Shown here one piece after another: positions 29,278-39,313 of a DNA stretch of 64,000 nucleotides. Position 1 is the first letter of the stretch. Every line of letters begins with the position of its first letter. The position numbers and the translations under genes are program-made. Location of the stretch: IMG/VR virus record IMGVR_UViG_3300020465_001196, one strand, 5' to 3'. The stretch comes from a virus. Lineage: Duplodnaviria; Caudoviricetes. Under the pieces are notes generated by a model, which saw nothing but the letters and a program-made list of their open reading frames with translations, was not told where the DNA came from and made no database searches.

Positions 29278-30730
29278 CTTCTAATTCTTTCTCAGTTTTT
29301 TTATCAACCATTTCACCTGTGTTGACTTCAACCATATTATCTTTAGATTCATCTAGTAAGTCTGCCATCTCTGGAAATACTTTAGTAAAGTCAGTTCCTC
29401 TTTGCTTATCAAATTTTACTATGTATTCTCTAAACTGTGGCATACGTTGTGACCAATCTTCACTCATCATAAATTTGATCATGCCTTGTAATCTTTTAAT
29501 TCCGTAACTTGCTTCCATAAATGCTTCTTTGTTTGGTGCCCCTGATAATTTCCAATTGTTTAATAACCATGGATAAAATTCTTCATATTTTTGTTTTGTT
29601 TTATCTTTCATCCATTGTGGCAATGCTTTTACATTTAGATGTCCAGGCCAATATACAAAATGATAATTAATCATTCCTGCTCCAAAAGGCCATATGTTAA
29701 TTTTTTTAAAATTTTGCTCCCATTTCCATTTAATAAAATCTGGTATATAATAAATGTTTAGTGCCTGTACTGCACACGCCACAGTAACTTCAACTTTATC
29801 TTCTGTATTATCTAACAAATGAAATTGCTTAACTGTATTATCCCAGTCTGCTGGAAAACGTATATAACGATTCATTTCTTCAATTGAGTCTACACTATAA
29901 TGAAACCTTACTCTTTTAAAATGACTCCATAATTCAAATAATCTATCTGGCATTTCAACACCATTTGAATTATAACGTAATTCTATTTTGTGTGCATATC
30001 CACGTTTTATAACTTCTTCTAATAATGTATAATGTTCTTCAATAATTGTTGACTCACCACCTGCAAAGTATAACTGATACATATGAGGTATTTGTTCGTA
30101 TAACTGATCCCAAAACGTTGGATTATTTTTATGCCAGTTATATGTAGCACCATGCATTTTTCCTTTATTGTCCCATCCCATTGTTTGCTTTAATTCTTTA
30201 TTTTCAATAGTAGGGTAAACTTCTGTCCAATCTTTAATCCATAGTGATGAATCATGTGGGCTACACATAATACATTTTAAATTACATTTAGATCCCATAC
30301 GTAGATCTAAGTATCTAATTTTTGGAGGAATAGAACCATCTTTTGCTGTTTCACCAATAATTTCATCTATGTCATATCTGTTTAACCAGTATTCAGTTTC
30401 CCACATACGTTTTGAATTATGTCCTGCGTCTTCTTCTTTGTAACATTTTAAACAAGCAGGTGGTTTATCTCCGTTTAACATTTGTAAACGAACATTTTTC
30501 ATATAGTCATTATTCCATGCTTCCATTAAATTTGAATTATTTAAGTTTGCAGGTTTACCACTTTGTGTTTTTAAAACACCTACCTGACCGCCATGTTTTT
30601 TATCATTAGTTGCACCTACTGAACTTGCGTTCGCTGTACAGCATACACGCATATTACCGTCTGGTCTAGTTGATAAATGCATCCATGGTAAAGCACAAAA
30701 AGTTTTTGATGGTAGTTTATTATTGCTCAT
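29261..30730 (-). CDS. Radical SAM protein with N-terminal twitch/SPASM domain
   Basis: FCALPWMHL..DG..RVCC, CLKC, CNLKCIMC, AGGE and YNSN. Confidence 0.92.
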   Translation of the reverse strand: MSNNKLPSKTFCALPWMHLSTRPDGNMRVCCTANASSVGATNDKKHGGQVGVLKTQSGKPANLNNSNLMEAWNNDYMKNVRLQMLNGDKPPACLKCYKEEDAGHNSKRMWETEYWLNRYDIDEIIGETAKDGSIPPKIRYLDLRMGSKCNLKCIMCSPHDSSLWIKDWTEVYPTIENKELKQTMGWDNKGKMHGATYNWHKNNPTFWDQLYEQIPHMYQLYFAGGESTIIEEHYTLLEEVIKRGYAHKIELRYNSNGVEMPDRLFELWSHFKRVRFHYSVDSIEEMNRYIRFPADWDNTVKQFHLLDNTEDKVEVTVACAVQALNIYYIPDFIKWKWEQNFKKINIWPFGAGMINYHFVYWPGHLNVKALPQWMKDKTKQKYEEFYPWLLNNWKLSGAPNKEAFMEASYGIKRLQGMIKFMMSEDWSQRMPQFREYIVKFDKQRGTDFTKVFPEMADLLDESKDNMVEVNTGEMVDKKTEKELEDGGTI

Positions 30731-30739
30731 TTTATATAT

Positions 30740-31849
30740 TTACCTTGCCGTTGTAACGAAGTTATCTTCAAACTGTGCACCAAAAGGATCAAACTCTGTA
30801 CCGCATTTAACTGAACACACTTTTAATTTTCCATCTCCGCCTTCACAAGAATCTTTCTTCCAACTTGATTTTATGTTGTTAAAAAATTCTCCTTCTAGTA
30901 CTTTTTTAAATCCATGTTGTAAAACTGATAACTCATCTAAACCTCCAACCTCTTCTATAAATCTCCAAATTTGATTTTGTCCTGGCTTCTCCCACCATTT
31001 ATACATTTGTCCTGCTACCCAACAACAAGGCATTAGATGTCCTGTAGCACTAACATAAACATTCATATCTTTTAATACTTTACAATTAATTCTTGCTTGG
31101 TTGTAATACTCATCCATAGAACCATATTTTTCTACAAGTGGATCTAATTTTTTAAGAGCTTTATTTACATACTTTTCATCTGGCTTTGTTAGTTTTTGTG
31201 TTTCTTTACCTTTACGGTTTACACCTTGGTGTTCTTCTTTACCTTTTGCTTTTACATTACTAAAAAACCTACCAGTTTTTTTACTCATAAATTTTTCAAA
31301 TCCCATACGTTTCGATAATGCTTCTGCTTCTTCTACTTGATGTTGATTATGACCAAATATTAAATAATCCCATCTTGCTCTACCACCAGCATCAATAAAT
31401 GCTTGTGATGAATCCATACATATATCCCAATTAACATTTTGTCTATATAAATGGTTAGTATCTTTTAATCCGTCAAAACTAAAAATAACATGACCTTTAC
31501 GTCCTATTACTTTTGCAAGTTCACGCCACCATTCAGGTTTTTTAGCACCAGCATTTGTGTTCATGCTTAACCATATATTTGAATTTTGTTTTCGTAAATA
31601 TTCCATTACTTCTAATGAATCTTTAGCCACTACAGGATCTCCTAAATTACCACACATAAACAAACTATCTAATTGTTTTACTAAATCAGGTGTAAAAATT
31701 TTTTTACAATCCTCAAGTGATAGCTCATCTAAGTTTATATTAGGATTAAGTTCTCCACCATTTATATTACGATCACATTGCAAACAAGCGGCTTGGCATT
31801 TTGCAGTGATTTCTAAGTGGACTGTTCTTATGTCGCTGTACCTGTACAT
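30740..31849 (-). CDS. Radical SAM protein with C-terminal twitch/SPASM domain
   Basis: CQAACLQC, CGNLGDP, FSFDG and C-terminal CK...MPCCW...CSVKC. Confidence 0.92.
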   Translation of the reverse strand: MYRYSDIRTVHLEITAKCQAACLQCDRNINGGELNPNINLDELSLEDCKKIFTPDLVKQLDSLFMCGNLGDPVVAKDSLEVMEYLRKQNSNIWLSMNTNAGAKKPEWWRELAKVIGRKGHVIFSFDGLKDTNHLYRQNVNWDICMDSSQAFIDAGGRARWDYLIFGHNQHQVEEAEALSKRMGFEKFMSKKTGRFFSNVKAKGKEEHQGVNRKGKETQKLTKPDEKYVNKALKKLDPLVEKYGSMDEYYNQARINCKVLKDMNVYVSATGHLMPCCWVAGQMYKWWEKPGQNQIWRFIEEVGGLDELSVLQHGFKKVLEGEFFNNIKSSWKKDSCEGGDGKLKVCSVKCGTEFDPFGAQFEDNFVTTAR

Positions 31850-31860
31850 ATATGTATTTA

Positions 31861-32118
31861 CTACTCAAATTGTAGTTTGAAAAGTAGCATATCTTCTTTG
31901 CTTTTAAAATCAATTACAATTTTGTCATTGCCCATATAATCATAACTTTCAAAGAATTCTATAACGGCTTTTTCACTACAATTTTCTTTTATCCATTCTT
32001 CAATCTTATGTACTACTTCAAGTTCATCTTCTTTCATTGGAATCTCCAAAACTTTTCCTGTTTCTTTAAAAAGCACTGGCTGATTTAATGTTCTTAATGT
32101 GTATGTTAGTTTAGGCAT
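31861..32118 (-). CDS. Hypothetical protein
   Basis: 85-aa ORF inside the modification cluster. Confidence 0.6.
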   Translation of the reverse strand: MPKLTYTLRTLNQPVLFKETGKVLEIPMKEDELEVVHKIEEWIKENCSEKAVIEFFESYDYMGNDKIVIDFKSKEDMLLFKLQFE

Positions 32119-33182
32119 TACTTAATACCTATTAACATATACCTCGTGTATTTTCCTAAGACTAGTTCACCTGTATAAAGATAGTTAGACATTGGTGCTA
32201 TTGATTTAAAATCATCTACATCTTTTACACAATTAATATGCTCTGGCAAATCAAAATAATCATTTGATTGTAGTATGCAAAGTTTTCCATTAGGAATTCC
32301 ATCCCACCAATTATTCCAATTTTCTATATGTTCACAAGATGTATTAATAATAGTTTTTGGTGAATCAAATAATTCTCTTTCTGTACCGTTGGATCTTAAG
32401 GTTGTATATGTATGTTCTTTAAAATTAATTTTATGTATATCTTCTGTTGTTGCTTTAAATTGCCACTCATTCATTACCCAAGGTTTATTAATTGATTCAG
32501 CAATTTGCCAACAAGTAGAATCAATATCAAAACTTCTTATTTTATCTAAATGTATTTTTTTAGATTCAAACAACATAGTTGCTAGTGTGCCATACCAACC
32601 TGCACATAAAAATACTGTACCTAAATGCATACCAATTTTTTCAACTTCTGACACTAACCATTTTTTACTATGTAATTGTCCTCTTGCATAAGCATCTTTT
32701 ACATTAAGTCTTGGAAAACTTTTAATTGTTTTTGGTAATGTAATTAATACTTCACTATCAACAAATAATTTTAATACTTCAAAACTTTCACCTTTGTTAA
32801 TAATTGCTTTTCTAAGCATTTCCATTTTTGGATTATTTTCAATGTATTCTAGTACTCTAAATATCGAGTGTATATTTTTTTCAAGTACTGCTTTTCTAAA
32901 TTCATCATAATGTTCACTATCTAGATTATCAATAATTCTAAAAACTGAATATAAATTTGATTCTATAATGGCTTTTCTAAATTCTTCAAACTTCTCAGGA
33001 TCCGCAGATATAGATTGTGCTAGTCTAAATATAGATGATAAATCTTCATCAATAACTGCACGTCTAAGATCTTTTAGTTCTTCTATATTGTCATACAATA
33101 ATTCAAATCTATCCAATAACTCGTGCGTCTCTAGATGAGATTTGGATTTTGTTGAACTGTTGTTCAAGCCAGCCAAAGTCAT
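32118..33182 (-). CDS. Class I SAM-dependent methyltransferase-like protein with N-terminal helical repeats
   Basis: LCAGWYG (Gly-rich motif I-like), SFDID (acidic motif II) and INTSCEH; four RxA(I/V)...S(I/V)FR repeats. The start codon is uncertain. Confidence 0.65.
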   Translation of the reverse strand: MTLAGLNNSSTKSKSHLETHELLDRFELLYDNIEELKDLRRAVIDEDLSSIFRLAQSISADPEKFEEFRKAIIESNLYSVFRIIDNLDSEHYDEFRKAVLEKNIHSIFRVLEYIENNPKMEMLRKAIINKGESFEVLKLFVDSEVLITLPKTIKSFPRLNVKDAYARGQLHSKKWLVSEVEKIGMHLGTVFLCAGWYGTLATMLFESKKIHLDKIRSFDIDSTCWQIAESINKPWVMNEWQFKATTEDIHKINFKEHTYTTLRSNGTERELFDSPKTIINTSCEHIENWNNWWDGIPNGKLCILQSNDYFDLPEHINCVKDVDDFKSIAPMSNYLYTGELVLGKYTRYMLIGIK

Positions 33183-33840
33183 TTATCTTACTCAATGCCT
33201 CCATATTGTTTTTATTTGTTTCGCCATATTCTCTACCAGCAATAGCACCAGCAATTGCATATTCACCAAAGCCTCTATCATTACCAACACTACACCATAT
33301 ATTTAAACGTTGTTCTGTTTCATGATCTTTTTGTTTGTCAATTACTTTTGCCGCTAACTTTGTACATTCTCTAAATGCTGATTTAAAAGTATTAAAAGGA
33401 TCTGTGTTAAATGCTGTAACATTACTAATCGTTGGCATTGCCTTAAATGCTCCTTTTTCTCCAGGCTTATTTGATACTGATGTTGTAAAATCAATTCTCC
33501 ATTCATTTGCAGATCTACAAGTTTCAGTTGGAAATAGTTTAACTCCACCATAACCATATACTAAATCATTTATTGGATTACGGCATCGCCAAACGTGAGT
33601 ACAATGCTCATCCCATTTACTTGGCTTAAAACTAAAATCAAAATCTGGTTCTAGTATTGCATCTGCATCAACTACATAAAAACTTTTTGTATAGGCCAAT
33701 TCTGCACAACGTTTGTGTGCATTAAAAATTCCTTTTACACCTTTTACACGTCTAGCATAAGGAAACTTTTTTACAAGTGATTTCCAAGTTTTATCTGCAT
33801 AAGGCTCTTGGTAACTTAAATGAAATATATCTAGTGCCAT
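33109..33840 (-). CDS. GT-A-like glycosyltransferase domain protein
   Basis: FYVVDAD (DxD), AHKRCA and YGYGGVKLF motifs. Confidence 0.6.
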   Translation of the reverse strand: MALDIFHLSYQEPYADKTWKSLVKKFPYARRVKGVKGIFNAHKRCAELAYTKSFYVVDADAILEPDFDFSFKPSKWDEHCTHVWRCRNPINDLVYGYGGVKLFPTETCRSANEWRIDFTTSVSNKPGEKGAFKAMPTISNVTAFNTDPFNTFKSAFRECTKLAAKVIDKQKDHETEQRLNIWCSVGNDRGFGEYAIAGAIAGREYGETNKNNMEALSKINDFGWLEQQFNKIQISSRDARVIG

Positions 33841-33858
33841 AATACTATTATACTTGTT

Positions 33859-34059
33859 TTAATCAAAATAATCAAGTGGAAATGAATAAAAACCTAATGT
33901 TTCTATGTCAGGATATCTTAATTTTATTAAAACATATTGCTTGTCAGTTACAGCAATAATATCATCTGCATGATTAGGTATGTATGTTCTTGGCAAATTT
34001 TTTTGGTTTGCTAATTCCGAATGCTTTTCGTGATCAAAATATCCAACTAATCTGTACAC
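33859..34059 (-). CDS. Hypothetical protein
   Basis: 66-aa ORF with a GTG start coupled to clpP. Confidence 0.45.
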   Translation of the reverse strand: MYRLVGYFDHEKHSELANQKNLPRTYIPNHADDIIAVTDKQYVLIKLRYPDIETLGFYSFPLDYFD

Positions 34060-34667
34060 TATCGTTTTTCAACAATTTTGTCAATTAGGCCAAATTCTAA
34101 TGCTTGATCTGGATTCATATAATTATCACGTTCCATAGCATCTTCAATTGTTTTTAAATCTTTTCCACAATGTTTTACATACAATTCATTTAATCTTTTC
34201 TTTGTATCTAAAATATCTTTTGCATGAATTTCAATATCAGTTGCTTGTCCTTGGAAACCTGCTGATGGTTGGTGTATCATTATTTTTGAATTAGGTAATG
34301 ATATTCTTTTACCGGCTGTACCTGCCATTAATAATAACGATCCTGCACTTGCTGATAATCCAATACTTACTGTTGAAATATCTGGCTTAACATATTGCAT
34401 AGTATCATACATTGCCAACCCTGCTGTAACACTACCTCCTGGCGAGTTAATATACATATAGATATCCTTGTCTTTAGATTCTGATTCTAAAAACAATAAT
34501 TGGGCACATACTAAACTTGCTACTGTATCAGTAATTGGACCAGTTATAAAAATAATTCTTTCTTTTAATAAACGTGAAAAAATATCATAACTTCTTTCAC
34601 CTCTTGACGATTGTTCAACAACCATTGGTACTAGATTCATATTCATCTCCTTAGACATTAAATTCAA
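34059..34667 (-). CDS. clpP: ATP-dependent Clp protease proteolytic subunit
   Basis: [23 protein letters not shown], catalytic Ser (ASAG), His (MIHQP) and Asp (ERD). Confidence 0.97.
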   Translation of the reverse strand: MNLMSKEMNMNLVPMVVEQSSRGERSYDIFSRLLKERIIFITGPITDTVASLVCAQLLFLESESKDKDIYMYINSPGGSVTAGLAMYDTMQYVKPDISTVSIGLSASAGSLLLMAGTAGKRISLPNSKIMIHQPSAGFQGQATDIEIHAKDILDTKKRLNELYVKHCGKDLKTIEDAMERDNYMNPDQALEFGLIDKIVEKR

Positions 34668-36141
34668 CTCCTTGTGCCAACGGCAAGTCTGTTGAGTAAT
34701 TTACAGTTACCGTGCTTCTACGCATATATTGTTTCCATGCGTCTGAACCACTTTCTCTTCCACCGCCTGTGTGTTTTTCTCCACCAAAGGCTCCGCCAAT
34801 TTCAGCCCCACTAGGACCAATATTAACATTTACAATACCACAGTCAGATCCATTTGCTCCAATAAACAATTCAGCTTCTTGTAAATCTTTTGTAAAGATA
34901 CAACTGCTTAAACCTTGTGGTACATTATTATTAATTGCTATTGCTTCTGCTAATTCATCATATGGTATAATGTAAAGCAAAGGTGCAAATGTTTCTGTTT
35001 TTGTAATTTCTTCTGCTTTAGATAATTCTACTATTGCAGGTTTAACATATACTCCTGGCATATCTAATCTTGATCCACCAGTTACTTCCCCTAGTTCTTC
35101 ACACTTATCTAATGTTGATTTCATACTTTCATATGATTGTTCACTAACTAAAGGACCTACAAGTACTCCTTCATCTAAAGGATTACCAACTGTAATTTTT
35201 GCATAATATTTTTTTAAATATTTTGCTAATTGTTCATATATTGATCTATGTACAATTACTCTACGTAAAGTAGTACATCTTTGTCCTGCTGTACCTACAG
35301 CACTAAACAATATGGCTCTTATCGCTAATTTCATATCTGCATTTGGTGTAACTATCATTGCATTGTTACCACCAAGTTCCATTAGCACTCTACCAAATCG
35401 TTCTGTAACATTTTTACCTAATGCTTGACCCATTGCTGTTGATCCTGTTAATGAAACTAAATTAATATGTTTGTCATTTGCAATCCATTCTGCAGGTTCA
35501 TTAGCACCAATAACTAATTCTAAAATATGTTCTGCTTGAGATATACCTGAACGTTCAACTGCTTTTTTAAATATTGTTTGACAAGCAAGTGATACAAGTG
35601 GTGTTTTAGGTGATGGTTTCCAAAGTGTTGCATTACCACATACTGTTGCAATAGCAAAGTTCCAACTCCATACTGCTACAGGAAAGTTAAATGCTGAAAC
35701 AACTCCTACCACCCCTAAAGGATTCCACATTTCTTGCATACGGTGACCAGGTCTTTCACTTGGCATTGTTAATCCGTATAACTGTCTTGATAATCCAACT
35801 GCAAAATCGCAAATGTCTATCATTTCTTGAACTTCACCTAAACCTTCTTGAAATATTTTACCATTTTCAATAGTAACTAATCTTCCAAGTTCGTTTTTGT
35901 ATTTACGAAGTTCTTCACCAAACAATCTAATAACTTCACCACGTTGTGGTGCAGGTATTGTTCTCCAGTCAATTTGTGCTTGTTTTAAATTAAGCACTTT
36001 TGCTTCATATTCTTGTCTAGTAGTATTTTTAACTTTGGCAATTTCATTAGCATCAATTGGAGATACTACTGATTCACCATTTAGTACATTGTATAGATTT
36101 TCATCTACACCAATTTCTTGTAATAGTTCTTTAATTGTCAT
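34651..36141 (-). CDS. Aldehyde dehydrogenase family 7 (antiquitin/AmaB-like)
   Basis: [27 protein letters not shown] (Glu), GQRCTT (Cys), ETFAP and [26 protein letters not shown]. Confidence 0.93.
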   Translation of the reverse strand: MTIKELLQEIGVDENLYNVLNGESVVSPIDANEIAKVKNTTRQEYEAKVLNLKQAQIDWRTIPAPQRGEVIRLFGEELRKYKNELGRLVTIENGKIFQEGLGEVQEMIDICDFAVGLSRQLYGLTMPSERPGHRMQEMWNPLGVVGVVSAFNFPVAVWSWNFAIATVCGNATLWKPSPKTPLVSLACQTIFKKAVERSGISQAEHILELVIGANEPAEWIANDKHINLVSLTGSTAMGQALGKNVTERFGRVLMELGGNNAMIVTPNADMKLAIRAILFSAVGTAGQRCTTLRRVIVHRSIYEQLAKYLKKYYAKITVGNPLDEGVLVGPLVSEQSYESMKSTLDKCEELGEVTGGSRLDMPGVYVKPAIVELSKAEEITKTETFAPLLYIIPYDELAEAIAINNNVPQGLSSCIFTKDLQEAELFIGANGSDCGIVNVNIGPSGAEIGGAFGGEKHTGGGRESGSDAWKQYMRRSTVTVNYSTDLPLAQGVEFNV

Positions 36142-36349
36142 ATTCGTTAAAATATTTTTTTAAAGCATTTAGATTATCTTCAGCATGGGCTATTTGTCCT
36201 AACAACTTATCCATTTCTTCTGTGTGTTGAGGATGTTCACCAATTGCAACTGATTTTTCAAAATAAATTGCTACTCTAACTCTTGCATCTTCAATGTCAG
36301 CAAGGTATTTTGATTCTAATGCTTTGTATAAACCTTTTGTAATATTCAT
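36131..36349 (-). CDS. Small helical conserved hypothetical protein
   Basis: 72-aa ORF with a VAIGEHP motif. Confidence 0.6.
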   Translation of the reverse strand: MNITKGLYKALESKYLADIEDARVRVAIYFEKSVAIGEHPQHTEEMDKLLGQIAHAEDNLNALKKYFNEYDN

Positions 36350-36381
36350 TTTTTTAATCCTTATGTTTTATTATACTACAA

Positions 36382-36741
36382 TTATTCAAAAATGCCAAGC
36401 ACTAATTTGGCATCTTCACTCATCATTTCTGGACCAAAAGGTGGATCAAAAGTAGTTGTAATTTCACAACTTTCTACACCTTCTACTGATTCAGTCGCTG
36501 AACGTATGTCGGCCACAATTTGATCTGCGGCTGGACAAAATGCTGAAGTTAACGTATGTGTAACGTGAGCTTTAGGAAGCTCTTCTAAATCTATTCTATA
36601 TATTAATCCTAAATCATAAATGTTAACCGATATTTCTGGATCGTAAACTTCTTTTAAGTTTTTAACTATTTGATCAAATACTGCTAGTTTTGTTTTATCT
36701 AATTCTTCGCTCATTTTATTCCTTAGGTAATTTAGCTTCAA
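36382..36741 (-). CDS. sufT: Fe-S cluster assembly protein SufT/PaaD (DUF59)
   Basis: LKEVYDPEISVNIYDLGLIY, TLTSAFCP and FDPP..PEMMS. Confidence 0.88.
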   Translation of the reverse strand: MKLNYLRNKMSEELDKTKLAVFDQIVKNLKEVYDPEISVNIYDLGLIYRIDLEELPKAHVTHTLTSAFCPAADQIVADIRSATESVEGVESCEITTTFDPPFGPEMMSEDAKLVLGIFE

Positions 36742-37687
36742 ATTCTCTTAAACGTTTGTAAACACTTGCCAGTTCTATGATAGTAGGCCATGCTTTTAAT
36801 AGATATTGCATTGAGCCTTCAACTCTTCCAAATGCTCTAATAATTTGTTGCATAACCCCAAGTGTTACTACACCTGCTACAATGGCTGGTGCTAAAAATA
36901 CATAAGCACTTAATACGTTTGCTTGTAAGTATGCCATACGTCCTACATTAAAATACAAATAACGCACATAACTTAAAAAGTGAATACTACGAACATCATC
37001 AAATAATTCATCAATTCTTTTTGGTCTTACATTACCATCATCTTCTGCAATAACTAATATTTTTCTATAGGCCGCTTCTTTCTTTTGTAAGTCATATTCT
37101 ACACCTACTAGTCTAAGTATCCATCCTAATCCTATTAAGAATGCAGTACCACCAAGTGTCCAAAGTAAAGCACCAGTAATTAAACCATATTGCCAATCTC
37201 CAAAAAAGAATATTGGTATACCAATTGATAATCCAAGTAGTATAGGAACAAATTGTACTAGTACCATTATTGACTCGATAAAACTTGTACCTAAGCCTTC
37301 CATAATTCTTGTAAACTTAATTGTGTCTTCTTGTACCCTTTGTGATGCACCTTCTATATTTCTTGCTTTATCATAAACTGAATGATACCATTCAACCATT
37401 GCTGTACGCCATCTAAATAAAAAGTGTGCTGTAAAAAAACTAATTGCAACATATAACGCAATATAAATTCCTGCTAGTGTTATAAACGAAAGCAAACTTG
37501 CAAAGTATTCTTGTAGTGTAATTGCATTTGGTGTAGCAAGTGCTTTTTGAATCATATCATAAAATACACCAAACCATTCATTTATTTTAACATCAATTTT
37601 TACTTGTACCCAAAGTGATCCTAAAATAATTGCTGAACCTAGCCAGGCCCATAGTAACCATTTTCTAGTGGTAAAAAATCTAAACAT
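36716..37687 (-). CDS. sbmA: SbmA/BacA family peptide transporter
   Basis: HFLFRWRTAM, IEGASQRVQEDT, QKKEAAYRK.LV.AED and QQI.RAFGRVEGS motifs. Confidence 0.9.
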   Translation of the reverse strand: MFRFFTTRKWLLWAWLGSAIILGSLWVQVKIDVKINEWFGVFYDMIQKALATPNAITLQEYFASLLSFITLAGIYIALYVAISFFTAHFLFRWRTAMVEWYHSVYDKARNIEGASQRVQEDTIKFTRIMEGLGTSFIESIMVLVQFVPILLGLSIGIPIFFFGDWQYGLITGALLWTLGGTAFLIGLGWILRLVGVEYDLQKKEAAYRKILVIAEDDGNVRPKRIDELFDDVRSIHFLSYVRYLYFNVGRMAYLQANVLSAYVFLAPAIVAGVVTLGVMQQIIRAFGRVEGSMQYLLKAWPTIIELASVYKRLREFEAKLPKE

Positions 37688-37702
37688 TTTTATTCCTTAT
37701 TA

Positions 37703-38020
37703 TTATTCTTTTTCAACTGTACAATTAAGCGGATGTCCTTGCGACCTTGCTTTTGCTGTAGTTTCAATTGCTTTTTGTTCTGCTATTTCAAATACATAAG
37801 TTCCGGCAACACCTTTGCCTTCTTCGTGAATTTTTAACATGACAGCTTCAGCTTGTTCTTTTGTTTTTCTAAAAATATCCATCAATACTTCTGTTACAAA
37901 GTCCATAGGTGTATAATCATCATTTAACAAAATAACATTATACTTACTAGGCTCATCTAATTCTGTACTAGTTGTTGTTTGTATATTTGCTGTTGCGTTT
38001 GCATTACCTTGTTCTGTCAT
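37703..38020 (-). CDS. clpS: Clp protease adaptor ClpS
   Basis: YNVILLNDDYTPMDFV, IH.EGKG and EIAEQK...HPL. Confidence 0.95.
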   Translation of the reverse strand: MTEQGNANATANIQTTTSTELDEPSKYNVILLNDDYTPMDFVTEVLMDIFRKTKEQAEAVMLKIHEEGKGVAGTYVFEIAEQKAIETTAKARSQGHPLNCTVEKE

Positions 38021-38029
38021 TTTAATCCT

Positions 38030-38596
38030 TTAATTTACATTTTTTTCAATTAGTACTGTATCTGGTAAAATGTACGGTACAAATTCTTGTCTATCTTCAC
38101 GATCATTACCTTGATGTGCTTGACCTCTTTCACCTTCATCTTTTGGTGCAAGAGTTATTGGAAAAGGTTGTCCTTTTCTTTGCTCATCTATTCTTTGTAA
38201 TTCTTCATGCATTTGTCTATTGTATTGTATAGTATAAACACGCGGTTGTCTACCATTAAATAGATCACTTAACTTATCTACCCAAGTTAAATTCTCTACA
38301 TTGGCCTCTCTAATAATTAACCATAGATAAATTGCTCCTGGATCACCACTTTTAATATTTGGTTCTTTAACGTGTTGGCCTATTAAAAAATATTTTTCAT
38401 GATTTGGATATGAATCATATGGATACCCATACATTGTTTTTAATCCAATCCAAGAACTTAAGATTGCTAATACAACTAATAAAGTCATTATTGCTTTCAT
38501 TCCCCATCTACTTCCAGATGAAGATATAAACGTCCATAGTACTGTTGCTCCTATAATCATTAAAAGTAGTACTAAAAATATATGTCCTTGTATCAT
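38030..38596 (-). CDS. Membrane-anchored hypothetical protein
   Basis: Two N-terminal TM helices followed by a soluble domain; third gene of the MotA/ExbB cassette. Confidence 0.65.
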   Translation of the reverse strand: MIQGHIFLVLLLMIIGATVLWTFISSSGSRWGMKAIMTLLVVLAILSSWIGLKTMYGYPYDSYPNHEKYFLIGQHVKEPNIKSGDPGAIYLWLIIREANVENLTWVDKLSDLFNGRQPRVYTIQYNRQMHEELQRIDEQRKGQPFPITLAPKDEGERGQAHQGNDREDRQEFVPYILPDTVLIEKNVN

Positions 38597-38599
38597 AAA

Positions 38600-39310
38600 C
38601 TATGGTGCTCCAAAATATTGATTTTGCCCAGCCCCCAGGTTAGATGTTGGATTAATTCCATCATCTGTACCAGTATATGGATTACCTATCATTTGATATG
38701 GTAACTGATTTACATTTGAAACGTTTCCTTCTTCATCTACTGTAAATCTAACTGCTGTAATTTCTTGTCCTTTTTCTGTTAATGTAATTTCTCTAACTGT
38801 TACGATTCCATATGGATTTAATTTTTCTACTGTAATCGTTACAGGTATGTTAGGATAGTATTTACTCTTTCTTTTAACTTGTTTTTCTAATTTTTTATTA
38901 TATAAGTGAATATTAACAATATACTCTCCTGGTATAATTCCTCTAATTGTCATATGTTCTTCATTGTTATATACTTTAATTGGTTTACCATCTGCACCAA
39001 TAACTGTATCGTTTGAACCTCCAAGATCATCTCTATCTAAACTCATAAGCCCAACGTCTTTAGATTTAAATCCAGCAATATTTCCTAATGGATCTCTTAC
39101 CCAAAGATCTACATCATCTTCTGATTTTTTTGGCCATTTTAATGTAATAATAAATTCTGCGTTTAGCTCAACATTAGATTTTTTAGCAATTGGATTTATT
39201 AAAACAAATGCCATAACGAATAAAAATACAAAACCAACTAGTGTATTGAATAATAAATCTATGAAAGCAACTTGTGACCCGTAACTGCGATGGCGTCGTG
39301 ATGTAGACAT
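38600..39310 (-). CDS. Single-TM MotB/ExbD-like partner with YfaP (DUF2135)-like periplasmic domain
   Basis: TM helix AFIDLLFNTLVGFVFLF contains an Asp; DVDLWVRDP.G...LDRDD...NEE...PGEY.V..HLY. Confidence 0.65.
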   Translation of the reverse strand: MSTSRRHRSYGSQVAFIDLLFNTLVGFVFLFVMAFVLINPIAKKSNVELNAEFIITLKWPKKSEDDVDLWVRDPLGNIAGFKSKDVGLMSLDRDDLGGSNDTVIGADGKPIKVYNNEEHMTIRGIIPGEYIVNIHLYNKKLEKQVKRKSKYYPNIPVTITVEKLNPYGIVTVREITLTEKGQEITAVRFTVDEEGNVSNVNQLPYQMIGNPYTGTDDGINPTSNLGAGQNQYFGAP

Positions 39311-39313
39311 TGT

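Noticed and set aside
25169-33840. Classical RiPP cluster with a precursor peptide
   Set aside because: No short leader-core peptide, RRE domain or dedicated exporter was recognised nearby; this is not excluded for the rest of the genome.
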